This document shows positions 11,909 through 23,983 of a DNA stretch of 59,214 nucleotides, in pieces. The translations under genes and the position numbers were made by a program. Location: NCBI GenBank assembly GCA_018398765.1, contig JAHBMJ010000028.1:1-59214 (forward strand), read 5' to 3'. How positions within the stretch are numbered: the first letter of the stretch is position 1; every line of letters starts with the position of its first letter. This stretch comes from Chromera velia (Eukaryota). Below the pieces are notes generated by a model, which worked only from the letters and a program-made list of their open reading frames with translations, was not told the origin of the DNA and did not search any database.

Positions 11909-14177
11909 GAGAGAGAGGCCCCCTGAAGAAGGCGCGAGGGGGGATCAGAGTGAAATGAAAACTATTGGAGGAAGAGTGTATTCACGTTCATTCTTCCCAT
12001 GAGTGATCAAATGCACCGCAACTTCTGTTTCAGCTGAGGGAGAGAGGCAGGGAAGGAGGCGCGATTTGTCCCCCTCTCTTTCTCTTTGTTTTTGAAGTCC
12101 TGTCGCATTCTTGTCGTTTGCAGTGTGGGTGTGCAGAAACAAACGCATAAACAAACAAACAAACACGATGCATGCATGCCGTCGAGGCCTCTCTCGTCTC
12201 TCAGGGCAAGAGAGAGAGCAGAGAGAGGTCTGTCTGAGAAGAGAAGAGAAGAAAACAGAAGAGAAAAGAGAGCACGAAGGGAGGAAGGGTGCTTCCCCCC
12301 CTCTTGCGTAGTACGTCTGTTGAAAAAGAAAAAGCTGACCCTCCACCTCCGCTATTCCTTCCAACCGGCCTACATCAGGAAGTGATCGAGTGAATGAATG
12401 CTCAGACACATCCGTCTGTCTGTCTGTCTGTCCGACTGAATGTACGTCTGATAGAATGGAATGCACATGCTTGCGCTCATTCCCTTCTCTCGGGAGGGAG
12501 ACAAGCAAGAGGTGGCCTGGCCTGTATGGTAAAGGAAGAAAGGAAGGAATGACAGCTAGACACAAAGAGTGGGCGACCTATGTATGGAGGAAGTAATCTA
12601 CTTGGAATGAGTGTGAGTGAGATCTGCATGCGAGTCTGCGCAGAGAGGGTGAGAGGAAAGGGAGGGAGGAGGCTGTAGCCTGCCCCTTTCTTTCTTTTGT
12701 GCTTTGTCTGTCTCTTTGTTTGTTTTTTTTCATCAAAGATGTTGCTGCTCTCCGCCTTGTCTTCTGTTTCTCTCTCTTTCTCTTTCCTTTTCTTTCTTTC
12801 TTTCTTTCACGAAGGATCGTCTTTTTCGATCCAAAAGTTGACAGACAGTCGGACAAAAGGAGTGATCTGTCGCCCAAAAGTGAGAGCCAGCGAACTATAT
12901 CTAAAGTGCGTCATGTATGAACAGAGCGGGGCTTTGAAAAATAATGATGAGAAGCACTGCAAGAAGGTACACAGAGACCCGAACGTGAGCCACGCGTGCG
13001 GCATGTGTCGCGTCGTTTGAGTGAGAAAAAGTCGACCCAAAATTGCTTGTCTGCCTTTCCAACGATCAATGCAGAAACTTGAAGTTGCGTTTTGTGTCGA
13101 GGGAAATTTAAATTTTGGTTTCAAAATCGAAAATCAATGTCAAGATGCATGAAATAACGATCGAGTCCCAGTCTTCCTTCCATTCTGTTTTCTTTCACTC
13201 CGCCCTTCCCTTCTCCTTCGCTCGCCTTTCCCTGGCAGGCAGTGAAGAGGTTGATTTCAATCAATGTACGTCGACTAACGGATCCATGCACTGCCTCGAT
13301 CCTTTTGTGTGATTGATGCATGCTGTCAAATTTGTTCACATCTGATTTAACCTTCTTGAGTTGCGATGTGCATGTCGGTGTGCATGCATGTTGTTGTGAG
13401 TTGCCCTCCTCCGATCGATCTGTTCAAAGGGAAGTTTCAGTTTTTTAACGCAGTCTGAGAATGTTGCAAACAATAAAGACCCACTTGAATTCCGTTAGAC
13501 ATTTCGTGTGCATGGCATTGATCCTTTCGTCATTGTTCATTCTCAAATTGCGTCGTGCACTTGTCACATGATGTGCAAACTGCTGTGTCAGTGGCCAAAC
13601 GGGCGAAGGTGCTCAGTGTGTCAGACCGTCAGAGCATGAATGGATCCATCAACCATCGCCGTTCGGTTGATGGTTTGTAGTGCAATACGTAAGTTGGATC
13701 AATCGATCGATCGAGTAATGCATGCATGTGCATGGTGCCACTTAGTGCCAGCGCAGCTGCTGCAGCAGCAGGGGTAAGAAATTAGATCCATAAAAATCAA
13801 TGTGATACCATTTGATGCATGACTCATTGACTCTTATTCAATGAATACTTTTAAACTTAAATTTACTATTAACTTAAGAATAAGCTTCAACTGAGTTATT
13901 GATAACTCTCGAAATTTTTAAGGTACCGAAAGTACCGGTACCAAAAAACGGAACCACCCCCCTTTAAAGTCCCGAATTACCGAAAGACACGGTGATTGAC
14001 AACCGTGAATATGATCATACTAAGTGATATCATAATGTTATATATATTTTTACAGCGTTATATTAAGTCGGGATATGGAAAACTATGTAAAACCCGTGTT
14101 TAATTAAAGAAAGTTTTTTAAAGTGTGTTCATTTTGTGTCATTTTTAATTGAAAAATGATATTTAAAAGCTTGATCT

Positions 14178-14411
14178 AACCTCCCTGAACCTAAGTGTCA
14201 CTTAAAAAAATATAATCAAGATTATCTCTATCTGTGGCATCTTTTTTCAAGAAACCGTCCACGCCTGCGGCGTAGACGGTCAAGACACCGTCCAGATATG
14301 CGGCTTTGGCTTTCAAGACACCATAAATGATCCGCGCCTGTGGCGCGGACTTTCAAGCTTATCCCAAAATGCGGCCTAAACTTTCAAGTGGTAGTTAGGT
14401 TCAGGGAGGTC
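14178..14411. mobile_element. Small MITE (~234 bp) with ~17-30-bp TIRs and 8-bp TSD
   Basis: AACCTCCCTGAACCTAA (14178-14194) versus TTAGGTTCAGGGAGGTC (14395-14411). CTTGATCT is duplicated at 14170-14177 and 14412-14419. Internal repeated TTTCAAG and CGCCTG(C/T)GGCG hairpins. Confidence 0.8.
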
Positions 14412-14544
14412 CTTGATCTAACATAACATTCAAAAAGTTGATTCTTACTAGTATAAAAGTCAATTTTTGAATGAAAAACACCATTTTTACAGGTGTAAAC
14501 TTCATTTTTTAGTCTGTGTTATCTATCATCTTCTGACTAGGTTT

Positions 14545-14610
14545 CTAACCTAAACCTAACTTAAAACCTAAACTAACTTTAATTAACCTAAGCCTCCTAA
14601 CCTAACCTAA
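14545..14610. repeat. Degenerate telomere-like (CCTAA/CCTAAA)n tract
   Basis: CTAACCTAAACCTAACTTAAAACCTAAACTAAC...CCTAACCTAACCTAA read directly. Confidence 0.55.
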
Positions 14611-14669
14611 TTGGATATCCTCCTAGAAGCTTAGCATATACCAGTGGGCTGTTGGTGATAACATATGAT

Positions 14670-14962
14670 TGTTCAGATCTGTCTTTCCTCCAAACTGGCT
14701 AGCGTATATAGACTTCCTGGATCTTCTTAGACAGATCTTAACTTTAGTATCTGCATCTGTGTAGTCTGTTCTACGTACAGGATGAGAGCCTGTCCCAAGA
14801 CGTACCTACCAGTCGGACCTCCTGATCAGAGTCTTTCAGTAGCAAGCTCAATCAAGCTAGCCTCTTGTGTATTGATCTGTATTGTACTGCATGCAAGCTT
14901 TGCATTCAATGCGTCTCTCTGTATTGCAATATGCATGCATGACAGAGATCCGGTTGGAAACA
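14670..14962 (-). repeat. LTR copy (3'-terminal, 293 bp)
   Basis: Minus strand TGTTTCCAACC...GATCTGAACA; homology to the other copies ends precisely at the CA. Confidence 0.85.
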
Positions 14963-17156
14963 TCTTTCTGGCTCTCTCTCTCTCTCTTCCCTCCTCAGTT
15001 CTCTTCTGTCTTCTCACTTCTGGGTCGGTCAACAGTACATCTTCCTTTCTCCAACTCGTTTCTTCTTTTCTTCTCACAATGCAAGTACCTCCTGCCTGCT
15101 CTGCCATCTTCTCAGGCTTCCACTGGCATACCCTCACAGAAGACTTTCCTTTCTCCCTCTCATCGTTCCGTTTGGTTGGTTCGAGAATCTGCGTATTGTC
15201 TGGTTCTGCCCTTGTCTGGCTTGTCTTCTTTCTTTTACTTTGATGCCGGTAACGGAGGAAAAGTGTGGACTGCATTCGTTCTTTTTAAAGTGATTTCCCT
15301 GCACGTTCATTCTCTCCCGAAAGCAGTCTTGGGTTCATTCTATGAATACAAAGTCCGATACGGGAAGAAAACAAGGCATCGTTGCTTTCCAAAGGGCAAG
15401 TCTTCATACATGTGCTTCTCTGTCTCACCTGGCTTCCTTTTTTCTCAGTCTCTCTCTGTCTTTTCCTTCCGTACCCTTCTTTTCCTAGTTCTTTTACGTT
15501 CATCTTTGTTCGCGCTGTCTCTCTCTCTCCGAGTCTATTTCTTCCTTGTTTGTTCCATCTCGTATTCTCTGTCTTATCTTTCCTCCCTTCCTCTCTGTTT
15601 CTTTCCCTTCTTGCTCAACGGTGGTCCATTTTCTATCTGTGTCTGTGATGAGTTTGTTTGTCTTTGCTTCTCTATCATTTCCTCTCTTGCTTCCATTTCT
15701 GCTACGTTTCGAGTTTTCTCTTTTCTTGCTCTTCCTTTTGTTTTCATCCATTCTTTAGAGCAAGCCCGGCCTAGACACCTGTAGCCTTCCGGCACTTACA
15801 ATCGCTGCTCCCCCTTGACTGCGGCCGCAAGGGTGGGAAGCTAATAACATACATGAACATAGAAAAAAAGAGGTTAATATCGATTCAACAAGAAATAAGA
15901 CTCAATGGGTTTTCTCCGGTTTTCTCTTCTCTCGTCACTTGCATAACGAATCTTCACTTTAGGTGCTTCTCTCTCTGTCTCTTTACTGTTCTTTCCCTTT
16001 CTTTCCTTACATGCACCGGCCCTCATACATATACACCGAAAGCGGATTTGGCCCCCCAGTTCTGTTTGCCTTGGCCAACACCCCACAATCTCTCTTCTGC
16101 CCATCGACAAGAGAGATGTCAACAAATTAAGCATACATGCAAGCAAAGAAGATAAGTCAAGGGATAAAATGAAAGAATCAGAGGTGATGCACATAAGCAG
16201 TTCTGTTCTGTCTCTCTTCCTCTTTTCCTTTTTTTGCATGTGGTGTCTACATGACTCACTTTTCAGTGTTCCTCAGCCTCCGAACGTTCTGTCTCTGTGT
16301 CTGTTTTGGCGGGTGGACAGATGGGTAGACATGCAAACAATACGCTCCCTTCCCCTCTGTATGCAGTTCTCTTCTCACTGCTTTCTTTGAACCCCCTCTT
16401 CTAGGGTCTTTGCTGGCTTGCCGCTCCAGCCTTCTGGATATTGGCTTTTTGAACACTTTCCAGCTTTCCTTTCTCTTCTTCTTCCTTTCTTTCTGTCCTT
16501 TTGAAATTTCGCTTCTCTTGTTCTTTTTGCATGTGTCGATCATCATGAACCTTTGGGTTTTCGAAACGCTTGGGGCCATTCAATAACTAGCGGATAGAGA
16601 GGCTTCTTTTCTTTGAAGTTACCCTCACTCCAGCAAGATTTCCTTATTCCTGCTGGAGGCACTGTAAGCATCTGACTGGTTCTCTACAATTTCTTTTTGA
16701 CCTGCCTGTGACTCTCTCTCCTTTCCATGCATTGCATTGAAAGGCCTTCAGATTTCTTTCTTTCTTTTCCTTCACCTTCCTATCACCTTTCCTTCTTCTT
16801 TCCTTACTGGTGTAGCCACGTGCTGAAGTAAATTGCTCTACCTTTGCAGAGATAAAGTCTTTTGCGACCCTACCCCCTTTCTTTTCTGTTAATCACTTTC
16901 ACGATGAAACTTTCCCGGTTCCTTAAACTCTCTTTTCTTGGTTGTGATGCCGACGCGGGAAGAAAAAAAGCGGACTGCCAGCGTTTTTTACAAAGTTGGT
17001 CTCTCTGTGCACTAACGTTTCCACTCTTGAGGCAGCCAGTTTCCATGACATTTACCGATGCGTTTCAACGCCGTCTACGTAGGGAGGGATGTGGCTCACT
17101 CTGTTCTCTGCTGCTTTGGCTCCTTCTCCGGGTCAGCATTCCTCAATCCAGCTTCG

Positions 17157-17175
17157 NNNNNNNNNNNNNNNNNNN
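17157..17175. other. Assembly gap inside the array
   Basis: 19 Ns. Sequence after the gap restarts at the position equivalent to 16009, so ~1.57 kb plus any whole units is missing. Confidence 0.9.
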
Positions 17176-17810
17176 ACATGCACCGGCCCTCATACATATA
17201 CACCGAAAGCGGATTTGGCCCCCCAGTTCTGTTTGCCTTGGCCAACACCCCACAATCTCTCTTCTGCCCATCGACAAGAGAGATGTCAACAAATTAAGCA
17301 TACACGCAAGCAAAGAAGATAAGTCAAGGGATAAAATGAAAGAATCAGAGGTGATGCATATAAGCGGTTCTGTTCTGTCTCTCTTTCTCTTTTCCCTTTC
17401 TTGCATGTGGTGTCTACATGACTCACTTTTCAGTGTTCCTCAGCCTCCGAGCGTTCTGTCTCTGTGTCTGTTTTGGCGGGTGGACAGATGGGTAGACATG
17501 CAAACAATACGCTCCCTTCCCCTCTGTATGCAGTTCTCTTCTCACTGCTTTCTTTGAACCCCCTCTTCTAGGGTCTTTGCTGGCTTGCCGCTCCAGCCTT
17601 CTGGATATTGGCTTTTTGAACACTTTCCAGCTTTCCTTTCTCTTCTTCTTCCTTTCTTTCTGTCCTTTTGAAATTTCGCTTCTCTTGTTCTTTTTGCATG
17701 TGTCGATCATCATGAACCTTTGGGTTTTCGAAACGCTTGGGGCCATTCAATAACTAGCGGATAGAGAGGCTTCTTTTCTTTGAAGTTACCCTCACTCCAG
17801 CAAGATTTCC

Positions 17811-18008
17811 TTATTCCTGCTGGAGGCACTGTAAGCATCTGACTGGTTCTCTACAATTTCTTTTTGACCTGCCTGTGACTCTCTCTCCTTTCCATGCATT
17901 GCATTGAAAGACCTTCGGATTTCTTTCTTTCTTTTCCTTCACCTTCCCATCACCTTTCCTTCTTCTTTCCTTACTGGTGTAGCCACGTGCTGAAGTAAAT
18001 TGCTCCAC
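17811..18008 (-). pseudogene. Decayed Gag nucleocapsid (zinc-knuckle) remnant within the LTR element; copies also at ~16645-16840, ~20530-20730 and 23253-23450
   Basis: Basic stretch followed by FQCNAWKGERVTGRSKRNCREPVRCLQCLQQE*, resembling a double CCHC knuckle with C>W and H>R substitutions, ~0.5-0.7 kb downstream of the PBS. Confidence 0.5.
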
Positions 18009-18524
18009 CTTTGCAGAGACAAAGTCTTTTGCGACCCTACCCCCTTTCTTTTCTGTTAATCACTTTCACGATGAAACTTTTCCGGTTCCTTAAACTCTCT
18101 TTTCTTGGTTGTGATGCGGACGCGGGAAGAAAAAAAGCGGACTGTCAGCGTTTTTTGCAAAGTTGGTCTCTCTGTGCACTAACGTTTCCACTCTTGAGGC
18201 AGCCAGTTTCCATGACATTTACCGATGCGTTTCAACGCTGTCTACGTAGGGAGGGATGTAGCTCACTCTGTTCTCTGCTGCTTTGGCTCCTTCTCCGGGT
18301 CAGCATTCCTCAATCCAGCTTCGCATCTCTTCAGGTCATCAGCTTTCTCTGTTGGATCTCTTCTCTTCCTCACCTTGATAGAGTAATATATAGACAGATA
18401 GAGACGTTTTGATACGATTCTTTCAAATGAGTACAAAGACACACCGAGAGCTTCCTTTTATGATAGAGAGACAGACACAGAGGGATTATACATGGTTCTT
18501 AGCCTGGTGGGCCTCCTCCACCAG

Positions 18525-18540
18525 CCAAGCTCTGCTACCA
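18525..18540 (-). promoter_or_regulatory. Primer-binding site complementary to initiator tRNA-Met 3' end (also at 21245-21260 and 23967-23982)
   Basis: Minus strand TGGTAGCAGAGCTTGG, 1 nt after the LTR. The plus strand CCAAG-CTCTGCT-A-CCA parses as T-stem 3' strand, acceptor 3' strand ending U72 (A1:U72 initiator hallmark), discriminator and CCA. Confidence 0.85.
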
Positions 18541-18541
18541 G

Positions 18542-18834
18542 TGTTCAGATCTGTCCTTTCTCCAAACCGGCTAGCGTATATAGACTTCCTGGATCTTCTT
18601 AGACAGATCTTAACTTTAGTGTCTGCGTCTGTATAGTCTGTTCTACATACAGGATGAGAGCCTGTCCCAAGACGTACCTACCAGTCGGACCTCCTGATCA
18701 GAGTCTTTCAGTAGCAAGCTCAATCAAGCCAGCCTCTTGTGTACTGATCTGTATTGTACTGCATGCAAGCTTTGCATTCAATGCGTCTCTCTGTATTATA
18801 ATATGCATGTGTGACAGAGATCTGGTTGGGAACA
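18542..18834 (-). repeat. LTR copy (internal, shared, 293 bp)
   Basis: Minus strand TGTTCCCAACC...GATCTGAACA; PPT at 18835-18880, PBS at 18525-18540. Confidence 0.85.
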
Positions 18835-18843
18835 TCTTTCCGG

Positions 18844-18874
<31 letters not shown>

Positions 18875-21261
18875 CTCCTCAGTTCTCTTCTATCTTCTCA
18901 CTTCTGGGTCGGTCAACAGTACATCTTCCTTTCTCCAACTCGTTTCTTCTTTTCTTCTCACAATGCAAGCACGTCCTGCCTGCTCTGCCATCTTCTCAGG
19001 CTTCCACTGGCATGCCCTCACAGAAGACTTTCCTTTCTTCCTCTCATCGTTCCGTTTGGTTGGTTCGAGAATCTGCGTATTGTCTGGTTCTGCCCTTGTC
19101 TGGCTTATCTTCTTTCCTTTACTTTGATGCCGGTAACGGAGGAAAAGTTTGGACTGCATTCGTTCTTTTCAAAGTGATTTCCCTGCACGTTCATTCTCTC
19201 CCGAAAGCAGTTTTGGGTTCATTCTATGAATACAAAGTCCGATGCGGGAAGAAAACAAGGCATCGTTGCTTTCCGAAGGGCAAGTCTTCATACATGTGCT
19301 TCTCTGTCTCACCTGGCTTCCTTTTCTCTCAGTCTGTCTCTGTCTTTTCCTTCCGTACCCTTCTTTTCCTAGTTCTTTTACGTTCATCTTTGGTCGCGCT
19401 GTCTCTCTCTCTCCGAGTCTATTTCTTCCTTGTTTGTTCCGTCTCGTATTCTCTGTCTTGTCTTTCCTCCCTTCCTCTCTGTTTCTTTCCCTTCTTGCTC
19501 AACGGTGGTCCATTTTCTATCTGTGTCTGTGATGAGTTTGTTTGTTTTTGCTTCTCTGTCATTTCCTCTCTTGCTTCCATTTCTGCTATGTTTCGAGTTT
19601 TCTCTTTTCTCGCTCTTCCTTTTGTTTTCATCCATTCTTTAGAGCAAGCCCGGCCTGGACACCTGTAGCCTTCCGGCACTTACAATCGCTGCTCTCCCTT
19701 GACTGCGGCTGCAGGGGGGGGAAGCTAATAACATACATGAACATGGAAAAAAAGAGGTTAATATCGATTCAACAAGAAACAAGACTCAATGGGTTTTCTC
19801 CGGTTTTCTCTTCTCTCATCACTTGCATAACGAATCTTCACTTTAGGTGCTTCTCTCTCTGTCTCTTTACTGTTCTTTCCCTTTCTTTCCTCACATGCAC
19901 CGGCCCTCATACATATACACCGAAAGCGGATTTGGCCCCCCAGTTCTGTTTGCCTTGGCCAACACCCCACAATCTCTCTTCTGCCCATCGACAAGAAAGA
20001 TGTCAACAAATTAAGCATACACGCAAGCAAAGAAGATAAGTCAAGGGATAAAATGAAAGAATCAGAGGTGATGCATATAAGCGGTTCTGTTCTGTCTCTC
20101 TTCCTCTTTTCCCTTTCTTGCATGTGGTGTCTATATGACTCACGTTTCAGTGTTCCTCAGCCTCCGAACATTCTGTCTCTGTGTCTGTTTTGGCGGGTGG
20201 ACAGATGGGTAGACATGCAAACAATACGCTCCCTTCCCCTCTGTATGCAGTTCTCTTCTCACTGCTTTCTTTGAACCCCCTCTTCTAGGGTCTCTGCTGG
20301 CTTGCCGCTCCAGCCTTCCGGATATTGGCTTCTTGGACACTTTTCAGCTTTCCTTTCTCTTCTTCTTCCTTTCTTTCTGTCCCTCCTTTGAAATTTCGCC
20401 TCTCTTATTCTTTTTGCATGTGTTGATCATCATGAACCTTTGGGTTTTCGAAACGCTTGGGGCCATTCAGCAACTAGCGGATAGAGAGGCTTCTTTTCTT
20501 TGAAGTTACCCTCACTCCAGCAAGATTTCCTTATTCCTGCTGGAGGCACTGTAAGCATCTGACTGGTTCTCTACAATTTCTTTTTGACCTGCCTGTGACT
20601 CTCTCTCCTTTCCATGCATCGCATTGAAAGACCTTCGGATTTCTTTCTTTCTTTTCCTTCACCTTCCCATCACCTTTCCTTCTTCTTTCCTTACTGGTGT
20701 AGCCGCGTGCTGAAGTAAATTGCTCTACCTTTGCAGAGATAAAGTCTTTTGCGACCCTACCCCCTTTCTTTTCTGTTAATCACTTTCACGATGAAACTTT
20801 CCCGGTTCCTTAAACTCTCTTTTCTTGGTTGTGATGCCGACGCAGGAAGAAAAAAAGCGGACTGCCAGCGTTTTTTACAAAGTTGGTCTCTCCGTGCACT
20901 AACGTTTCCACTCTTGAGGCAGCCAGTTTCCATGACATTTACCGATGCGTTTCAACGCCGTCTACGTAGGGAGGGATGTGGCTCACTCTGTTCTCTGCTG
21001 CTTTGGCTCCTTCTCCGGGTCAGCATTCCTCAATCCAGCTTCGTATCTCTTCGGGTCATCAGCTTTCTCTGTTGGATCTCTTCTCTTCCTCACCTTGATA
21101 GAGTAATATACAGACAGATAGAGACGTTTTGATACGATTCTTTCAAATGAGTACAAAGACACACCGAGAGCTTCCTTTTATGATAGAGAGACAGACACAG
21201 AGGGATTACACATGGTTCTTAGCCTGGTGGGCCTCCTCCACCAGCCAAGCTCTGCTACCAG

Positions 21262-21554
21262 TGTTCAGATCTGTCCTTTCTCCAAACCGGCTAGCGTATA
21301 TAGACTTCCTGGATCTTCTTAGACAGATCTTAGCTTTAGTGTCTGCGTTTGTATAGTCTGTTCTACGTACAGGATGAGAGCCTGTCCCAAGACGTACCTA
21401 CCAGTCGGACCTCCTGATCAGAGTCTTTCAGTAGCAAGCTCAATCAAGCCAGCCTCTTGTGTATTGATCTGTATTGTACTGCATGCAAGCTTTGCATTCA
21501 ATGCGTCTCTCTGTATTATAATATGCATGTGTGACAGAGATCTGGTTGGGAACA
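21262..21554 (-). repeat. LTR copy (internal, shared, 293 bp)
   Basis: Same termini; PBS at 21245-21260, (GA)n PPT on the other side. Confidence 0.85.
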
Positions 21555-21561
21555 TCTTTCC

Positions 21562-21596
<35 letters not shown>

Positions 21597-23983
21597 CTCC
21601 TCAGTTCTCTTCTATCTTCTCACTTCTGGGTCGGTCAACAGTACATCTTCCTTTCTCCAACTCGTTTCTTCTTCTCTTCTCACAATGCAAGCACGTCCTT
21701 CCTGCTCTGCCATCTTCTCAGGCTTCCACTGGCATGCCCTCACAGAAGACTTTCCTTTCTCCCTCTCATCGTTCCGTTTGGTTGGTTCGAGAATCTGCGT
21801 ATTGTCTGGTTCTGCCCTTGTCTGGCTTGTCTTCTTTCCTTTACTTTGATGCCGGTAACAGGGGAAAAGTTTGGACTGCATTCGTTCTTTTCAAAGTGAT
21901 TTCCCTGCACGTTCATTCTCTCCTGAAAGCAGTCTTGGGTTCATTCTATGAATACAAGGTCCGATGCGGGAAGAAAACAAGGCATCGTTGCTTTCCGAAG
22001 GGCAAGTCTTCATACATGTGCTTCTCTGTCTCACCTGGCTTCCTTTTCTCTCAGTCTCTCTCTGTCTTTTCCTTCCGTACCCTTCTTTTCCTAGTTCTTT
22101 TACGTTCATCTTTGTTCGTGCTGTCTCTCTCTCTCCGAGTCTATTTCTTCCTTGTTTATTCCGTCTCGTATTCTCTGTCTTGTCTTTCCTCCCTTCCTCT
22201 CTGTTTCTTTCCCTTCTTGCTCAACGGTGGTCCATTTTCTATCTGTGTCTGTGATGAGTTTGTTTGTCTTTGCTTCTCTGTCATTTCCTCTCTTGCTTCC
22301 ATTTCTGCTATGTTTCGAGTTTTCTCTTTTCTCGCTCTTCCTTTTGTTTTCATCCATTCTTTAGAGCAAGCCCGGCCTGGACACCTGTAGCCTTCCGGCA
22401 CTTACAATCGCTGCTCCCCCTTGACTGCGGCTGCAGGGGGGGGAAGCTAATAACATATATGAACATGGAAAAAAAGAGGTTAATATCGATTCAACAAGAA
22501 ACAAGACTCAATGGGTTTTCTCCGGTTTTCTCTTCTCTCATCACTTGCATAACAAATCTTCACTTTAGGTGCTTCTCTCTCTGTTTCTTTACTGTTCTTT
22601 CCCTTTCTTTCCTCACATGCACCGGCCCTCATACATATACACCGAAAGCGGATTTGGCCCCCCAGTTCTGTTTGCCTTGGCCAACACCCCACAATCTCTC
22701 TTCTGCCCATCGACAAGAGAGATGTCAACAAATTAAGTATACACGCAAGCAAAGAAGATAAGTCAAGGGATAAAATGAAAGAATCAGAGGTGATGCACAT
22801 AAGCGGTTCTGTTCTGTCTCTCTTCCTCTTTTCCCTTTTTTGCATGTGGTGTCTATATGACTCACGTTTCAGTGTTCCTCAGCCTCCGAACGTTCTGTCT
22901 CTGTGTCTGTTCTGGCAGGTGGACAGATGGGTAGACATGCAAACAATACGCTCCCTTCCCCTCTGTATGCAGTTCTCTTCTCACTGCTTTCTTTGAACCC
23001 CCTCTTCCAGGGTCTCTGCTGGCTTGCCGCTCCAGCCTTCCGGATATTGGCTTCTTGGACACTTTTCAGCTTTTCTTTCTCTTCTTCTTCCTTTCTTTCT
23101 GTCCCTCCTTTGAAATTTCGCCTCTCTTATTCTTTTTGCATGTGTTGATCATCATGAACCTTTGGGTTTTCGAAACGCTTGGGGCCATTCAGCAACTAGC
23201 GGATAGAGAGGCTTCTTTTCTTTGAAGTTACCCTCACTCCAGCAAGATTTCCTTATTCCTGCTGGAGGCACTGTAAGCATCTGACTGGTTCTCTACAATT
23301 TCTTTTTGACCTGCCTGTGACTCTCTCTCCTTTCCATGCATTGCATTGAAAGACCTTCGGATTTCTTTCTTTCTTTTTCTTCACCTTCCCATCACCTTTC
23401 CTTCTTCTTTCCTTACTGGTGTAGCCACGTGCTGAAGCAAATTGCTCCACCTTTGCAGAGACAAAGTCTTTTGCGACCCTACCCCCTTTCTTTTCTGTTA
23501 ATCACTTTCACGATGAAACTTTCCCGGTTCCTTAAACTCTCTTTTCTTGGTTGTGATGCCGACGCGGGAAGAAAGAAAGCGGACTGTCAGCGTTTTTTGC
23601 AAAGTTGGTCTCTCTGTGCACTAACGTTTCCACTCTTGAGGCAGCCAGTTTCCATGATATTTACCGATGCGTTTCAACGCTGTCTACGTAGGGAGGGATG
23701 TGGCTCACTCTGTTCTCTGCTGCTTTGGCTCCTTCTCCGGGTCAGCATTCCTTAATCCAGCTTCGCATCTCTTCAGGTCATCAGCTTTCTCCGTTGGATC
23801 TCTTCTCTCCCTCACCTTGACAGAGTAATATACAGACAGATAGAGACGTTTCGATACGATTCTTTCAAATGAGTACAAAGACATACCGAGAGCTTCCTTT
23901 TATGATAGAAAGACAGACACAGAGGGATTACACATGGTTCTTAGCCTGGTGGGCCTCCTCCACCAGCCAAGCTCTGCTACCAG

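Noticed and set aside
14545..14610. True telomere or chromosome fusion point
   Set aside because: Short, degenerate, single orientation and mostly CCTAA rather than a regular CCCTAAA array; more likely TE-associated simple repeat.
16009..18323. Sequence either side of the 17157 gap as a pure assembly overlap
   Set aside because: The two versions differ at multiple positions (e.g. CACATAAGCAG vs CATATAAGCGG), favouring separate copies, though allelic haplotypes cannot be excluded.
18525..18540. tRNA gene
   Set aside because: Only the 3' 16 nt including CCA match; there is no D or anticodon arm. It is a primer-binding site.
14782..23755. Hydrophobic 150-340-aa plus-strand ORFs repeated in the array as a membrane-protein gene family
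   Set aside because: They are F/L/S-rich reads of the pyrimidine-rich antisense strand, their frames shift with (CT)n length between copies, and PBS/PPT orientation shows the element is on the minus strand.
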